The notes beneath the pieces were generated by a model. That model ran no database searches. It saw nothing but the letters and a program-made list of their open reading frames with translations, and had not been told where the DNA came from. From an uncultured Nitrososphaerota archaeon (lineage in GTDB: Archaea > Thermoproteota > Nitrososphaeria > Nitrososphaerales > CADDZS01), in contig CAWCYI010000006.1 of assembly GCA_963799845.1 (NCBI GenBank), positions 960,001 through 1,024,000 on the forward strand: DNA of 64,000 bases. The letters run 5' to 3'. Both the position numbers and the translations under genes were made by a program. Each line of letters opens with the position of its first letter. The first letter of the stretch is position 1. Shown here one piece after another: positions 52,983 to 63,304 of this stretch.

Positions 52983-53124
52983 ATTCTCAGAACCTACTTC
53001 TCTTCTTCTTCCCTTTCTCTTTCTTCTTCTCTTTCTCCACTTGATCATGCCAGCTCAGATGAGTTCGATAGACTTCGGAATCTAGCAGGACGACTTGACA
53101 GAACGGACAGATCCATCCGGGGGG

Positions 53125-53286
53125 TCAGAGCTCATTTCTTGCCCTTCCCCCTTCTCCATATTTCTGAAGCGAAAATAAAAATCTGACCGTTTCAGGAATA
53201 TTGAAAAGCTTCCTTTTCTTTCGTTCTACCTCAAGAGCTTTGTACATCTTATCTGTGACAGAGAGCATGATCTTTTTCATCGGCAT
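53125..53286 (-). CDS. Small RHH/CopG-like protein
   Basis: Manual translation MPMKKIMLSVTDKMYKALEVERKKRKLFNIPETVRFL (53 aa). Confidence 0.5.
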   Translation of the reverse strand: MPMKKIMLSVTDKMYKALEVERKKRKLFNIPETVRFLFSLQKYGEGGRARNEL

Positions 53287-53737
53287 GTCATATTCGTCCG
53301 GTGACAGTTTTTTTCACTTTCCTTACTCTGACTTTGACTGCTTTGTCAGATACTGTCCAAATGTAGAGGTTATTTTGAAACTACGGATTCCAGCGTGTTT
53401 CTCTGCCCTCAGCACAAAGAACAGGTACGATTGCAACGTGAAAGAAGGGAATTAGAGAAAACTTGCCCGGTATGCAATACCAATCTTGGATCTAAGTTAG
53501 CGCTGAATGAATACAAATGGAACGTCCACGCGTATTAGTCCCTTATGAAACTTGAAGTTCAAAGGAAAGAAGTGCAAGATAGATGGCTCAATAGAAAGGC
53601 TTCAGATCTTCATGGTTATTGCGGCCCATGTTATTACGATATTCAGTTTGACTCTTGCGGGTAGAGACCTGTCGACAACCGTAATGTAAGGTTGATTTAC
53701 TCGTGTATATCTTCTCTCGTCCATTAGATGGTTAACC

Positions 53738-54997
53738 TTGAATCACAAAGTTACAGTAATAACTGCGATAGCCCTGTGCATGCTTTTTTCAGTAATGCCT
53801 TCTCTGTTTGCAAGCGTCTCTGCCTTTAGTGCGACCACGGCAATTAATCTCAGCAATGACTCATTCAACGCAACATACCCAAATGTTCAGAATGTCGGAA
53901 GCGCAGTCTATGTAACTTGGTCTGAACATAGTCACGGCGTTTGGTTTAGGACGAGCCCCGATGGAGGAGTAACTTGGTCAACAGCAATTCGGTTAAGTTC
54001 TAGTGGTACTACTTCTTTCCCTTGGATGGCTGCACTTGGAACTGACGTGTATGTTACTTGGGCACAAGCTGGAAAGATCTACATTGCTATTAGTACTAAC
54101 AGTGGCTCTTCGTTTTCAACAGCAGTCGTGATTAGCGGAGCTGTTCTGTCCTGCGAGACGCCATCGATTGCAGCTTATGGAAATGACGTTTATGTTGCAT
54201 TCGACGGCGGAGGACACGCCTACGTAACCGCTAGCTCTAACAATGGAGCAGCTTGGACCACACCTTTCCAATATTCATCTGGTGGCGAACCGCAGATAGC
54301 AGCTTGGGGTACGAACGCTTACGCGATCGCTGACACTTCTAGCAGAGCCACTACAACCATTGCAGTATCTACGAACAATGGTATGACTTGGACTAAATCT
54401 GGATCAGGAGGCGGTTCTGAACCAATGATTGCGGCATACGGTACAAACGTTATTGCGGCTTGGGAGTCTAAAGGCACGGCAAGCACTGTGCACGTGATCA
54501 CAGGTACTGATTCTGGCAAGACATTTACAAAGCCATTTCTACTTTCGTCTACTGTCCCTAACTCATGGGCTCCAATGCCTACTATCTTTGGCAACACTGA
54601 ATATGTAGCGTGGCGATCTCACCCTGGTTCTTCACTCTCACAGGAATATGTTTCTGTCTCGCTCGACGCTGGAAAGACCTGGAGTTTAGCAACAGCGATT
54701 GGTGTCGCTGGAAGAGACAACTCGTGGCCAGTTACAGTTGCAGCTACCAGCAATACAGCATTCATCGCGTGGTATCAAAAGACAGGTACGACTTCTACTG
54801 CTTCATGGCAAGCCGATATAGTCGAGGGAACAAATGGAAACTCATGGACAATTTCACCAACACGTCTTGGTGGTTCTATTGCTGAGAGTGACATAGCGAC
54901 TGCTTCTATCTCGTCTTTCGGGTCCACAGTCTTTGCCGTATGGACTAACACGACAACATCAGGAAACACTCAAGTCTATTTCTCATCAGGATCCTAA
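53738..54997 (+). CDS. Secreted BNR/Asp-box (sialidase-like) beta-propeller protein
   Basis: Repeated S-x-(D/N)-x-G-x-(T/S)-(W/F) boxes and VYV(T/A)W blades, plus a signal peptide. Confidence 0.85.
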   Translation: MNHKVTVITAIALCMLFSVMPSLFASVSAFSATTAINLSNDSFNATYPNVQNVGSAVYVTWSEHSHGVWFRTSPDGGVTWSTAIRLSSSGTTSFPWMAALGTDVYVTWAQAGKIYIAISTNSGSSFSTAVVISGAVLSCETPSIAAYGNDVYVAFDGGGHAYVTASSNNGAAWTTPFQYSSGGEPQIAAWGTNAYAIADTSSRATTTIAVSTNNGMTWTKSGSGGGSEPMIAAYGTNVIAAWESKGTASTVHVITGTDSGKTFTKPFLLSSTVPNSWAPMPTIFGNTEYVAWRSHPGSSLSQEYVSVSLDAGKTWSLATAIGVAGRDNSWPVTVAATSNTAFIAWYQKTGTTSTASWQADIVEGTNGNSWTISPTRLGGSIAESDIATASISSFGSTVFAVWTNTTTSGNTQVYFSSGS

Positions 54998-55347
54998 AGA
55001 CCCTCTCTTCTTCAGAGAAAGCAGGAGTGAAAGTCGAGGGTCAAAATAAGTCATGACTTCCACTAGCTCATGTTCTTGAAGACACATCTTCTCGGCGATC
55101 GTCTTAGGGTTATTCAGATAGAATCCTCTCGTAACAAGCTTGTCATATTTTCTTGAACGGCTCTTGGTATGTATTAGGGGTACGGTTAGAGTAATTTTCA
55201 GCTCTGGTTCAGATACTTGAGACATTCTAGTACGCTATCTTATCGAGACGCTTCGGCCTTAACTGTTTCGCTCGCATGAGCCATGCTTTCAAAAGGCATG
55301 ATTTAGTGAAGAAGGTCTAAATCTCTCTATTCTTGAGAGTTCTGAAG

Positions 55348-55629
55348 ATGCCAAAGGACGATCACGAAATCAAAAGAATGCTTCAAGATGGAATTAACGT
55401 CTCTGTTTCTGCACGAGATTATGATTATTACACTCTAAAGCGCCTAGCTCGGGAAGCAAGGGAAGGGAGGGCTTCTCTTAGTATCTCCGACTGTGATAAA
55501 CTCGAAAGAAGTGAAATGAGAAGAATATCCGAAGAGGGAGAGGATTCTGTTACCTTTGACTTTCCTCACCGAGCGCCCGAAGAGAATGAAGATGAGGAAG
55601 CCGAGAAGGATGAGGAAGAGAGTCAATAG
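55348..55629 (+). CDS. Hypothetical protein with acidic tail
   Basis: Plausible 93-aa ORF from MPKDD. No family recognised. Confidence 0.5.
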   Translation: MPKDDHEIKRMLQDGINVSVSARDYDYYTLKRLAREAREGRASLSISDCDKLERSEMRRISEEGEDSVTFDFPHRAPEENEDEEAEKDEEESQ

Positions 55630-55806
55630 GGAGCTTTGGAGAAAAAGATCCCAAACTCTGATCTTTAAGCGAAATCCGAAATCAGAACCCTTCCTGGAGT
55701 TAATCCCACCGGAGATTCGGATTCAAGTTCTGGGCCAAGTCGAGTAATTCTCTGGAAGGAATTTCTTCTCAGCGGCAGAGATTGTTCAAGGCTCACCATC
55801 GGACTA

Positions 55807-56043
55807 TCAACCCTCGACTACTATCATGGTCAGTGTCGAACGTACTTTCTCAAGCGTTCGGAGCCTGTGCGTAACAGTATCCTTCACCTTGTCCAAGGAT
55901 TCAGCCTCGACTTTGACGACAATGTCATAGACTCCGTAAACGACGTGAACCTCGGCCACGTTGGGAACGCTCTTTATCTGATTGAGTATGTCTTGCTCGG
56001 CTCCGAGGTCCGCATTTATCAAAACAAAGGCTTTGGCGGTCAA
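55807..56043 (-). CDS. Lrp/AsnC ligand-binding-domain protein
   Basis: AFVLIN..LG.E....VYGVYDIVVKVEA...LRTLEKVRSTLTMIV. The ORF N-terminal extension is spurious. Confidence 0.9.
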   Translation of the reverse strand: MTAKAFVLINADLGAEQDILNQIKSVPNVAEVHVVYGVYDIVVKVEAESLDKVKDTVTHRLRTLEKVRSTLTMIVVEG

Positions 56044-56203
56044 TGCGCTCTTCGTGGAGAAAGGCTTGCCACCATAAAAGTCATCCGTCGCATTATTTGC
56101 CGCTTGTAGGCTGTGGAGAAACAAGCAAACAAAAATCTTGATTCTCCGCATTCGAATGCAACAAGAAATATAACTTGAAGGAGTTTGCCCTCGATATTTT
56201 CTG

Positions 56204-56324
56204 CGTTTCGGTGACTTTTGATTCTCGTTGCTTTGAATCCACTCTCTTTCAACTTGAAGTTCATTCATGCCTTAATTTCAAGAACCGCGTCAGAACCGAG
56301 GGGTTTCAAAAAACCTGTCGTCTG
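56204..56324. repeat. Dispersed repeat A, copy 2
   Basis: Homologous to 45675-45789. Confidence 0.8.
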
Positions 56325-56493
56325 AAATGACCGACGATTGGTCTGCGGTGGGTTACGACTTCATTTCCAGACCGAACGTTTCTAGTTTCATCAGAACGAG
56401 TACATTAGAGTCCTCAGGCTAAATGGTGCCTTGTAAACTTGTGAATATCTATCTTTTATAGACCCAATAAACTCCAAGCTTCATCGACGACGA

Positions 56494-57735
56494 ATGAAGA
56501 GCGAAAAAATATCTGACTTCGAATCGTACACTGTTTCTGTTCCTATAGAGGCTCCGATCAGACATAGCAACGGTGTGCATCCTGGCTGGTTTACGATGAC
56601 CCTTGTCAAAATTCAAACCTCCTCTGGATATGAGGCTTGGGGCGAAGTGGGAGGCGGTGGGTTCAGTCTCCAATCATTTCTTCGGTCGATCGGTACAAGA
56701 ATTATTGGAGAGGATATCTTCAACATTCAAAGAATACAGTGGAAATACACCTCGCCAATAACAGCAACATACTATAATCAGCTTTTGCCGCAAATTTGGT
56801 TTCCGCTTGAGACTGCTCTTCTTGATGCTCAAGGTAAAGTTCTTGATCTTCCAGTCCATTCTATTTTAGGCGGCAAGCTCAGAGATGAAATTGAGGTCTC
56901 TGCTTATTTCTTTCCTCGTTATGAGCGCAATGGTGAAGGTGGCGAAGCTACTCCCGAAGAGGCGCTGAACCTACTAAAAAGATGGAAACAAAAATTCGGA
57001 TTCAGAGTACACAAGATCAAGGGAGGGGTTTTCATTCCTCGGCATGACTTGGACTTGATGATGTTTCTAAATGAGAACCTACCGGGAGATACCTTTCGAT
57101 TGGATCCAAATGGCGCATGGAACGTGGCTGATGCTGCTTTAGTAGCGCGAGAATTGGAGCACAACCGCGTCCGAATGGAGTATCTTGAAGATCCGGTGTG
57201 GGACCTTGGAGCGCTCGCTAAAATGAGAAGTCATACTAGCATACCTCTGGCAACTAACACCTCTATTACAGGATTTGAAGACATCCTAGCCGCTCAGAAA
57301 CTAAATGCAGTCGACATAATCTTGGGAGACCCCCATTGGTGGTGGGGTGCACGCGGATTCCAACAATTAGGGAAGGTCTGTCAAACTAATGGGTTCGGGC
57401 TAGGTATGCATAGCCCTGGAGAACTTGGGGTCGGACTAACAGCAATGGTTCATGCCGCCGCCGCAACAGTTCAACTCGGCACAGCTATTGATACTCACTA
57501 TTGCCATCTTGTCGATGACGTCATAAAGGGCCGTGTTAAGATAGAGAATGGAAGAATACGTGTTCCGGACAATGCTGGTTTAGGTGTCGAAGTTGATTAC
57601 GAAAAAGTCCAGGAATATTAGAATCTCTACGAGGAAAGAAAAGAATATTCGTACTCGGTCGATCCTGAAAGACCGAATTGGTATCCAATGATACCGGAGC
57701 ATTCGTATGCCAATTGCACTTGTCATCATGACTGA
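56494..57735 (+). CDS. Enolase-superfamily (glucarate dehydratase-like) enzyme with an in-frame TAG at 57619
   Basis: WGE, LDAQGK, HKIKGG, RLDPNGAW, YLEDP, LATN, MHS, GLGVEVD. The frame continues NLYEE..DPERPNWYP to TGA at 57735. Confidence 0.85.
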
Positions 57736-57766
57736 AACAACGAGCAGGTTTAATGCATGGTTAGTT

Positions 57767-57942
57767 GGTTATAGCGAAAAGTCAAGCCAGGACTAATGCC
57801 TGAGACTCGGCCTTCATTTCGGCATCTAGCATTTCATCGAAATTCAACTCAGTTGATGCGCAGGCTCTCTTTTAGGAATCGAATTGAAGAAAAAATCTTC
57901 CTCGAAGAGGGTAAGAATAATTACAGGTAGAGTGCAAAAACC
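57767..57942. repeat. 176-bp repeat B, copy 2 (overlaps the MFS stop codon)
   Basis: Near-identical to 46064-46239. Confidence 0.88.
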
Positions 57943-59063
57943 AAGACTAGTGCAAATAACGCTCCTGCAGGCCACGCTACACTGTACCCAGCACTTGTCA
58001 CGATGGCTGAAAATAGGACAGGAGCAACAAACCCTCCGAGAAGGGATATGCTATCAGTCCAGGCGACCGTGATCGATTCGTACTCGTTCCTGATCGATTT
58101 CCCAATTTGTCTCGCCTTCGTAAGCCCTATAGTATACCCGGTACTTGCACCGATTGCGACCAGAACAGACGACAAGATTGCCGCGTCAGCGGTCCCAAAT
58201 GTTGTAACCGCTACTCCGCCAGCTACAACGAATGAAGAGAATAGCATCCACATTTTTAGCCTCCCGGTCCGATCGTAGTATCTCCCAATGACTGGGGCTG
58301 TGAAAGCAAATAGTGGTCCTACACCTCCTATCAAACCGGCCTCGCCCGGCGGAAGCCTAGCTTCAGTTTCAAGAAAGTAAACTAGAAAATTGGCAGTAAT
58401 ATTTGAGCTCGCACCAATTCCAAAGAGTGAAATTGTCAGCAACGAAATTTGTCTGTTTGAGAAGGCTAACCTCAGATCGCCGATCGACAGTTTAAAGTTC
58501 TGCAGTCCGGTTTCGAGCTTCGGAAGCGAAATGACCATCAATATCCCGAGTCCGGCAGAAAGAAGTCCTCCCAACAGAAGGCTCAGCCTCCATCCCAGTA
58601 TTGAGCCAAGGATCGCCCAACCAGCTAAACCAATAACACTGCCCAAGTTATACGAAAGGCTGTTCCAACCGATCGCGGCTCCTTCGGATCCGCTCTTGAA
58701 GTAGCGCGTTAGAATAACGATTACCGGGGGAAACGCGGCCCCGATCCCAACTCCTACTGCAAATCTCGTTACGAGAAAAATCGAGAAGTTTGTAGTTAGC
58801 GAGCCCAGGATGGATGAAGCTGCGCAAAGAAACATCATGTAAGCGATCGCATTTCTCGCTCCAATCCTTGCTTCCAGTATTCCCCCTGGAATTTCTGCAA
58901 TACAAATGCCGAGAAACATCAGAGAACTGGCAAGCCCGAGTCCGGCGACTCCCTGTCCAAAGTCCGGACCGACGAGGGAGAAAAGCGACGCTAAATTGGA
59001 TTGTAAAACGGAAATCAAAAGATTGGAAGCAAGGATTATCACGATGCGGGAGCGGTTTGTCAA
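57921..59063 (-). CDS. MFS transporter (12 TM)
   Basis: GILEARIGAR motif A, FLVTRFAVGVG, GRYYDRTGR. Confidence 0.9.
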   Translation of the reverse strand: MTNRSRIVIILASNLLISVLQSNLASLFSLVGPDFGQGVAGLGLASSLMFLGICIAEIPGGILEARIGARNAIAYMMFLCAASSILGSLTTNFSIFLVTRFAVGVGIGAAFPPVIVILTRYFKSGSEGAAIGWNSLSYNLGSVIGLAGWAILGSILGWRLSLLLGGLLSAGLGILMVISLPKLETGLQNFKLSIGDLRLAFSNRQISLLTISLFGIGASSNITANFLVYFLETEARLPPGEAGLIGGVGPLFAFTAPVIGRYYDRTGRLKMWMLFSSFVVAGGVAVTTFGTADAAILSSVLVAIGASTGYTIGLTKARQIGKSIRNEYESITVAWTDSISLLGGFVAPVLFSAIVTSAGYSVAWPAGALFALVLVFALYL

Positions 59064-59073
59064 GAATATCCAC

Positions 59074-60489
59074 TCAGGGCAGGATCCTTCTCCCGCGGAG
59101 GAGGGACGGGATTATTGCCACCGCGTTGACTACAGCGAGGACAAGGTAGACTAGATGGAGACCCCCGGCGAAGGTTGTCCTCTCCGAGAGGCTGAGGGCG
59201 GTGGGGTTTATCGAAGATATCATGTTAGTAATGAGGGAATAAGGTACATTGACCACCATCAGGAGGATGGCAACGTTGAAGCTTACCGTGTATCCAACGT
59301 TGAAGAAAGTCGCCCTTAGTGCCGACGCAACCCCGCGACTCTGAGCCGGGACCGAGCCCATGATGGAACTAATGTTCGGCGAAGAGAAGAGCCCTGTCCC
59401 CAGGCCGCCTAGAACCAGGAGCAAGAGGATGTTGAAGTACGGTGTGTTGACAGATGCCTCCGAGAAGAGAAAGAGGGACGCACTGATGACCACCAGGCCC
59501 GAGGTGGTGAAAGGCAAAACGCCATACTTGTCGGAGAATCGGCCGCTGAGCGGGCCTGCTACTAGGAACCCGAAGTCGAACGGGAGCAGTGCCAGCCCCG
59601 CGCGGAGCGGCGAAAACCCCTCGACGAGTTGCAGGTATAGGCTGACAACCAGGATGAATGCGCCCCAGGCGATGCTGCTGATCATCTGAGCTACAGAGCC
59701 ACCGGTGAACTCCCTTATGCGTAATAGACTCAGGTCGAGAAGCGGATGCTCGATACGGTGCTCGAGGTACACGAATGCAGCCAATGAGACGGCCGCGAGG
59801 ACAATCAGCCCTATGACCAACGGGAACTCAACAAACCCGTAAGCCGCGAACGTCAGAGATAGCAGCAGAGAAGTGATGAAAACTGTGAAACTGATGAAGC
59901 CGGGCCAGTCCCACGGCGCTGTCCGCTCCATCTTGCCTACCTCGTGCAGGCGCCTGAAGGCCCAGACGGTGCCGAAGATGCCCACTGGAATGTTGATGTA
60001 GAAGAGGTACCTCCAGTCGAGGACCGCCAGGATTAGTCCGCTCAATGTGAGGCCGGCAATCGAGCCCGCCCTAAATGCGATCTGGTTGATCCCGAGCGCC
60101 GTACCGAGCTGGTTGTGCGGGAACGCGTCGGTGATGATGGCCGCGCTGTTCGTGAAGAGGGCGGCCGACCCGAGGCCCTGAAAGATCCTGGCCGCGATGA
60201 AAGCGTTCGGGTCACCGGAAGAGGCCGTGAGGAGAGAGCCGATGGTGAATATTGTGAACCCCAGAGAGTAGACCTTGACACGGCCGAACATATCGCTGAC
60301 CCTTCCGATGAAAAGGAGCGCGATCGTGCTTCCTATCGTGTATGCCTGGGTAAACCAGATTGCCTGTTCGGCGTCGGCATGGAGAGCAGCGGCTACGACT
60401 GGGAGGCCAATTACCACTATCCTCCCGTCGATTCCACTCATCAGAACCCCGACGGTTGTGACTGTGAGCACAGTCCACTTGTACTGCAT
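59074..60489 (-). CDS. MFS transporter, DHA2 (EmrB/QacA-like, 14 TM)
   Basis: GRVSDMFGR, ARIFQGLG, WRYLFYINIPVG, HPLLDL. Confidence 0.92.
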   Translation of the reverse strand: MQYKWTVLTVTTVGVLMSGIDGRIVVIGLPVVAAALHADAEQAIWFTQAYTIGSTIALLFIGRVSDMFGRVKVYSLGFTIFTIGSLLTASSGDPNAFIAARIFQGLGSAALFTNSAAIITDAFPHNQLGTALGINQIAFRAGSIAGLTLSGLILAVLDWRYLFYINIPVGIFGTVWAFRRLHEVGKMERTAPWDWPGFISFTVFITSLLLSLTFAAYGFVEFPLVIGLIVLAAVSLAAFVYLEHRIEHPLLDLSLLRIREFTGGSVAQMISSIAWGAFILVVSLYLQLVEGFSPLRAGLALLPFDFGFLVAGPLSGRFSDKYGVLPFTTSGLVVISASLFLFSEASVNTPYFNILLLLVLGGLGTGLFSSPNISSIMGSVPAQSRGVASALRATFFNVGYTVSFNVAILLMVVNVPYSLITNMISSINPTALSLSERTTFAGGLHLVYLVLAVVNAVAIIPSLLRGRRILP

Positions 60490-61105
60490 TTGAGTCAGCC
60501 GAGAGCTGTCCCGAAGTCTGTTATTCCTCTTCCGTAGAACAAATTGTTGAAACGGAACTAACTGACTAGCTTAAGCACCAAAGTAGCTTCTTTTCTTCTC
60601 CCACTTTATCGCTGTTCAACGTCGAAGTACTTTCTCGAATCTTCGTTGAATACGCTATCAAATTTCCCGGTTCCGAAAGAGAAAGGCGACGGAGTGGTTG
60701 AGAAATCTGTTTTCTCTGCTCATCAAAATTCTGTCGAAAAGTACATGCCTTTCCGGTGTCAACTTCAATTTTGTAGTGCGCCGAATTTCTCCGCCTCATA
60801 CTCTTTTCATGAAATTTTGCTTTTCAATGGTATTTACAATATGTGATATACTCATCAGGATTGTTCTCGGCGAAGTAATTTTTTGTGATACGAGTGTCGG
60901 CAAAGGCGGAAGGATAGCTGATCTCAACGATTCTCGACCTCCCTTTTCATACGGCTGACCTATGTGCACGAATTTTCAAGTTTGGGCTTACTAGTAAAGG
61001 CTCAATTCAGAAAGAATCACAAAATTAGTACTAGTCAAGAAGCTGCTAGTCTTCAATTGAAAGAAGTTATTAATTTGGACTAGTAGTCAGAGGATGACCA
61101 TCTAA

Positions 61106-61600
61106 ATGCCTGAAGATATGATTGAACTTGAAAATGATCCTGACAACCCATGTTTCGGTTGTGGCCCGAACAATCCCGTTGGTCTGCACCTCCATTTCTT
61201 CAAAAAAGGGAATGAAGTTTTCGCGGAGAAAACCTTTGGAAAAGGATTCGATTGCTGGCCAGGTCAGCTTCACGGAGGAATCATTTTCGGGATACTTGAG
61301 TGCACCTTGCAGTGGACATTCTACTCAGAGACAGGGCATGTGGGGCCGACTAGAAAATTCACATTTGACCCTTCAGGTCAAGTGTTTATCGGAAGACCGG
61401 TCAAACTTCTGGGCTGGGTGACCAAGCGTAGTCCTGATAGCATTTTTCTCAGGGCAGAAGTTATCCAAGACGGCACCGTTAGAGCATCTATCGACAGCGA
61501 GATAGCAATGATCTCATCGATAGAGGAATTCAAACGGCTTCGACCCACAGTTGAAATTGATGATGTCATGAGACGAAATCTTGCGAACTTTTCGACCTGA
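61106..61600 (+). CDS. PaaI/hotdog-fold thioesterase
   Basis: CFGCGPNNPVGL, WPGQLHGGII. Confidence 0.85.
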   Translation: MPEDMIELENDPDNPCFGCGPNNPVGLHLHFFKKGNEVFAEKTFGKGFDCWPGQLHGGIIFGILECTLQWTFYSETGHVGPTRKFTFDPSGQVFIGRPVKLLGWVTKRSPDSIFLRAEVIQDGTVRASIDSEIAMISSIEEFKRLRPTVEIDDVMRRNLANFST

Positions 61601-61772
61601 AAATTTTCCGAATCAGGCTGAGGAAACTGGTCCTTTCTCATCGGTACTCTGTTAGCACTTGCCTTCAGCTGGAGCCACCGAAAGTCTCTAAGTTACACAC
61701 AGGAGAATAAACAGGAACTCCTTACGAGGCACTTTTTAAATAGACTGAAGTATCTCACTTTATCTCTCCAGG

Positions 61773-61898
61773 GCAACTCGCTGTAGAATCGACTTTACCG
61801 AAATGCTGAGCCAAGATACGAACAGAGGGGTCCTGGGAGTTAGAATTGAACCAAGTTAGGTCGGAATCCCATCCTAATTTGGCAATTTTTACTAGTAA
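61773..61898. repeat. ~130-bp dispersed repeat, uninterrupted copy
   Basis: Matches 6756-6842 plus 7969-8008, with a single TA at 61857-61858. Confidence 0.85.
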
Positions 61899-61979
61899 GC
61901 CCAAACCCAAACCTCTGACGTAGATCTCGTTGTTTCTTGGAGTTCACGTTTTGCGTCCTTGCAATTTACTTGCGAAAGC

Positions 61980-63107
61980 TCAGTAGGGGGTCAGAGGCCC
62001 GAACGAAGCTAAGGGCAGTACGTTGTTCGGCGGAAATATCCTGATTCGTGTCCACCCTGCAGAAATAGACGCGGAGTTTCCTATCCACACCAGTAGTGTC
62101 CATGGCAAAGCAATCTTGGGGATATCAGAGGAAGTGGTAAGCTGGCTACCGTAGTTCAGTTGTTGATACGCTCGGGATGTTGTCCATGAATCAGTCCAGA
62201 TTGCGTAACCACTCGGTTCTGATTGAGATAATGTATATTGTTGTGTTCCGCCTCTCTGAGTAATCAAAAGAACCAGGCCAGAATCGGCATATCCCGTAAC
62301 AACTCCATTCTGATTTATCGTGCTTGTTTGTTCGGGCCCGATATTCATGTAATAACTTCCGACTGCTGCGCGCGTTAGAGAATCAAACGTAACATTCGGC
62401 GAATAAGTCGTCTTTGTCTGGATTCCGCATCCGTAGCAGTTTGAAGTGGATACAGTTAATCCATTATTAACGGTGAATGCTGGTTTTCCAAATGTACTCA
62501 TACAACTGCATAAGGAAGTTCCATTGAAGTTGTTATAAAATGTAAATACCCGCGGGCCGTTATCGTACTGCCCATACGTGGAAGTGAAAGTTGGATATGC
62601 TCCCCAAAATCCTAGAGAGCTGTACTCATTTGTCGACGTTGGAAAGATCCACAAGTAAATCTTCTGTGTTCCGAAAGCGGCAATCGAATGATCGTCTTTG
62701 ATCCAAACTTTTGAGTAAATCTGCGAACTGCCGCAGTTAGATTCGCACCAAGCAAAAAGCGGTTTTCCCAAGCGATCCGTGAATTCAACGTTCCTAACAT
62801 TTGGGGCAAGATGACTCATGTATCTGTTCCAATCAACACTCAAGAGAATTTGAAGGTTTGATCCAGTAGGTGCAGATTGATCATTTGATAGTGTTATTCG
62901 GACGCAATACGAAGGGGTTCCCAAACCTTGGAAAGTCGGACAAGTTTGTTTCGCAGCTGGAAGCGCACTTACGCTATCGCGAGTGCTGGATTGCGCAGCT
63001 GAAGATGATGCAAAAAGTAGAGGAAACGAAAAACCCACCAACGTCGAGACAACAAAAATTGAAACAGCGATTCCCGAAACGAGAGCAACGGACAATTTTT
63101 TTTCCAT
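61980..63107 (-). CDS. Secreted DUF2341-like surface protein
   Basis: N-terminal TM, NVEFTD..GKPLFAWCES...KVWIK, YGQYDNGPRVFTFYNNF, WTRIR..PPN.V.P. Confidence 0.7.
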   Translation of the reverse strand: MEKKLSVALVSGIAVSIFVVSTLVGFSFPLLFASSSAAQSSTRDSVSALPAAKQTCPTFQGLGTPSYCVRITLSNDQSAPTGSNLQILLSVDWNRYMSHLAPNVRNVEFTDRLGKPLFAWCESNCGSSQIYSKVWIKDDHSIAAFGTQKIYLWIFPTSTNEYSSLGFWGAYPTFTSTYGQYDNGPRVFTFYNNFNGTSLCSCMSTFGKPAFTVNNGLTVSTSNCYGCGIQTKTTYSPNVTFDSLTRAAVGSYYMNIGPEQTSTINQNGVVTGYADSGLVLLITQRGGTQQYTLSQSEPSGYAIWTDSWTTSRAYQQLNYGSQLTTSSDIPKIALPWTLLVWIGNSASISAGWTRIRIFPPNNVLPLASFGPLTPY

Positions 63108-63304
63108 TCTAGATAACTACGGCAATCCTTGAAAGGTAATTATCTCATATATCAAAATAGTATATCGATTTTCGATGTGCGAAGCTAGCCCCTGCCTAAG
63201 CTGAGTTTTCCACTCATCAACTGAAAGTCTCCTTTATCACTTGTTACCACCAGTTAGCAACTGGTTATCTAGGGTAGTTCAAGAAAACGTGGGGGAAATA
63301 AAAC

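Larger units (their letters stand above)
60980..61906. repeat. Perfect 19-bp inverted repeats bracketing the thioesterase gene
   Basis: GTTTGGGCTTACTAGTAAA (60980-60998) and TTTACTAGTAAGCCCAAAC (61888-61906). Confidence 0.8.

Noticed and set aside
57619-57621. Genome-wide amber recoding
   Set aside because: TAG terminates several intact genes in this window, for example at 20408, 20422 and 34295.
61850-61875. tRNA T-arm-like GGTCGGAATCCC (also at ~7969)
   Set aside because: No cloverleaf or acceptor stem. It is part of the dispersed repeat.
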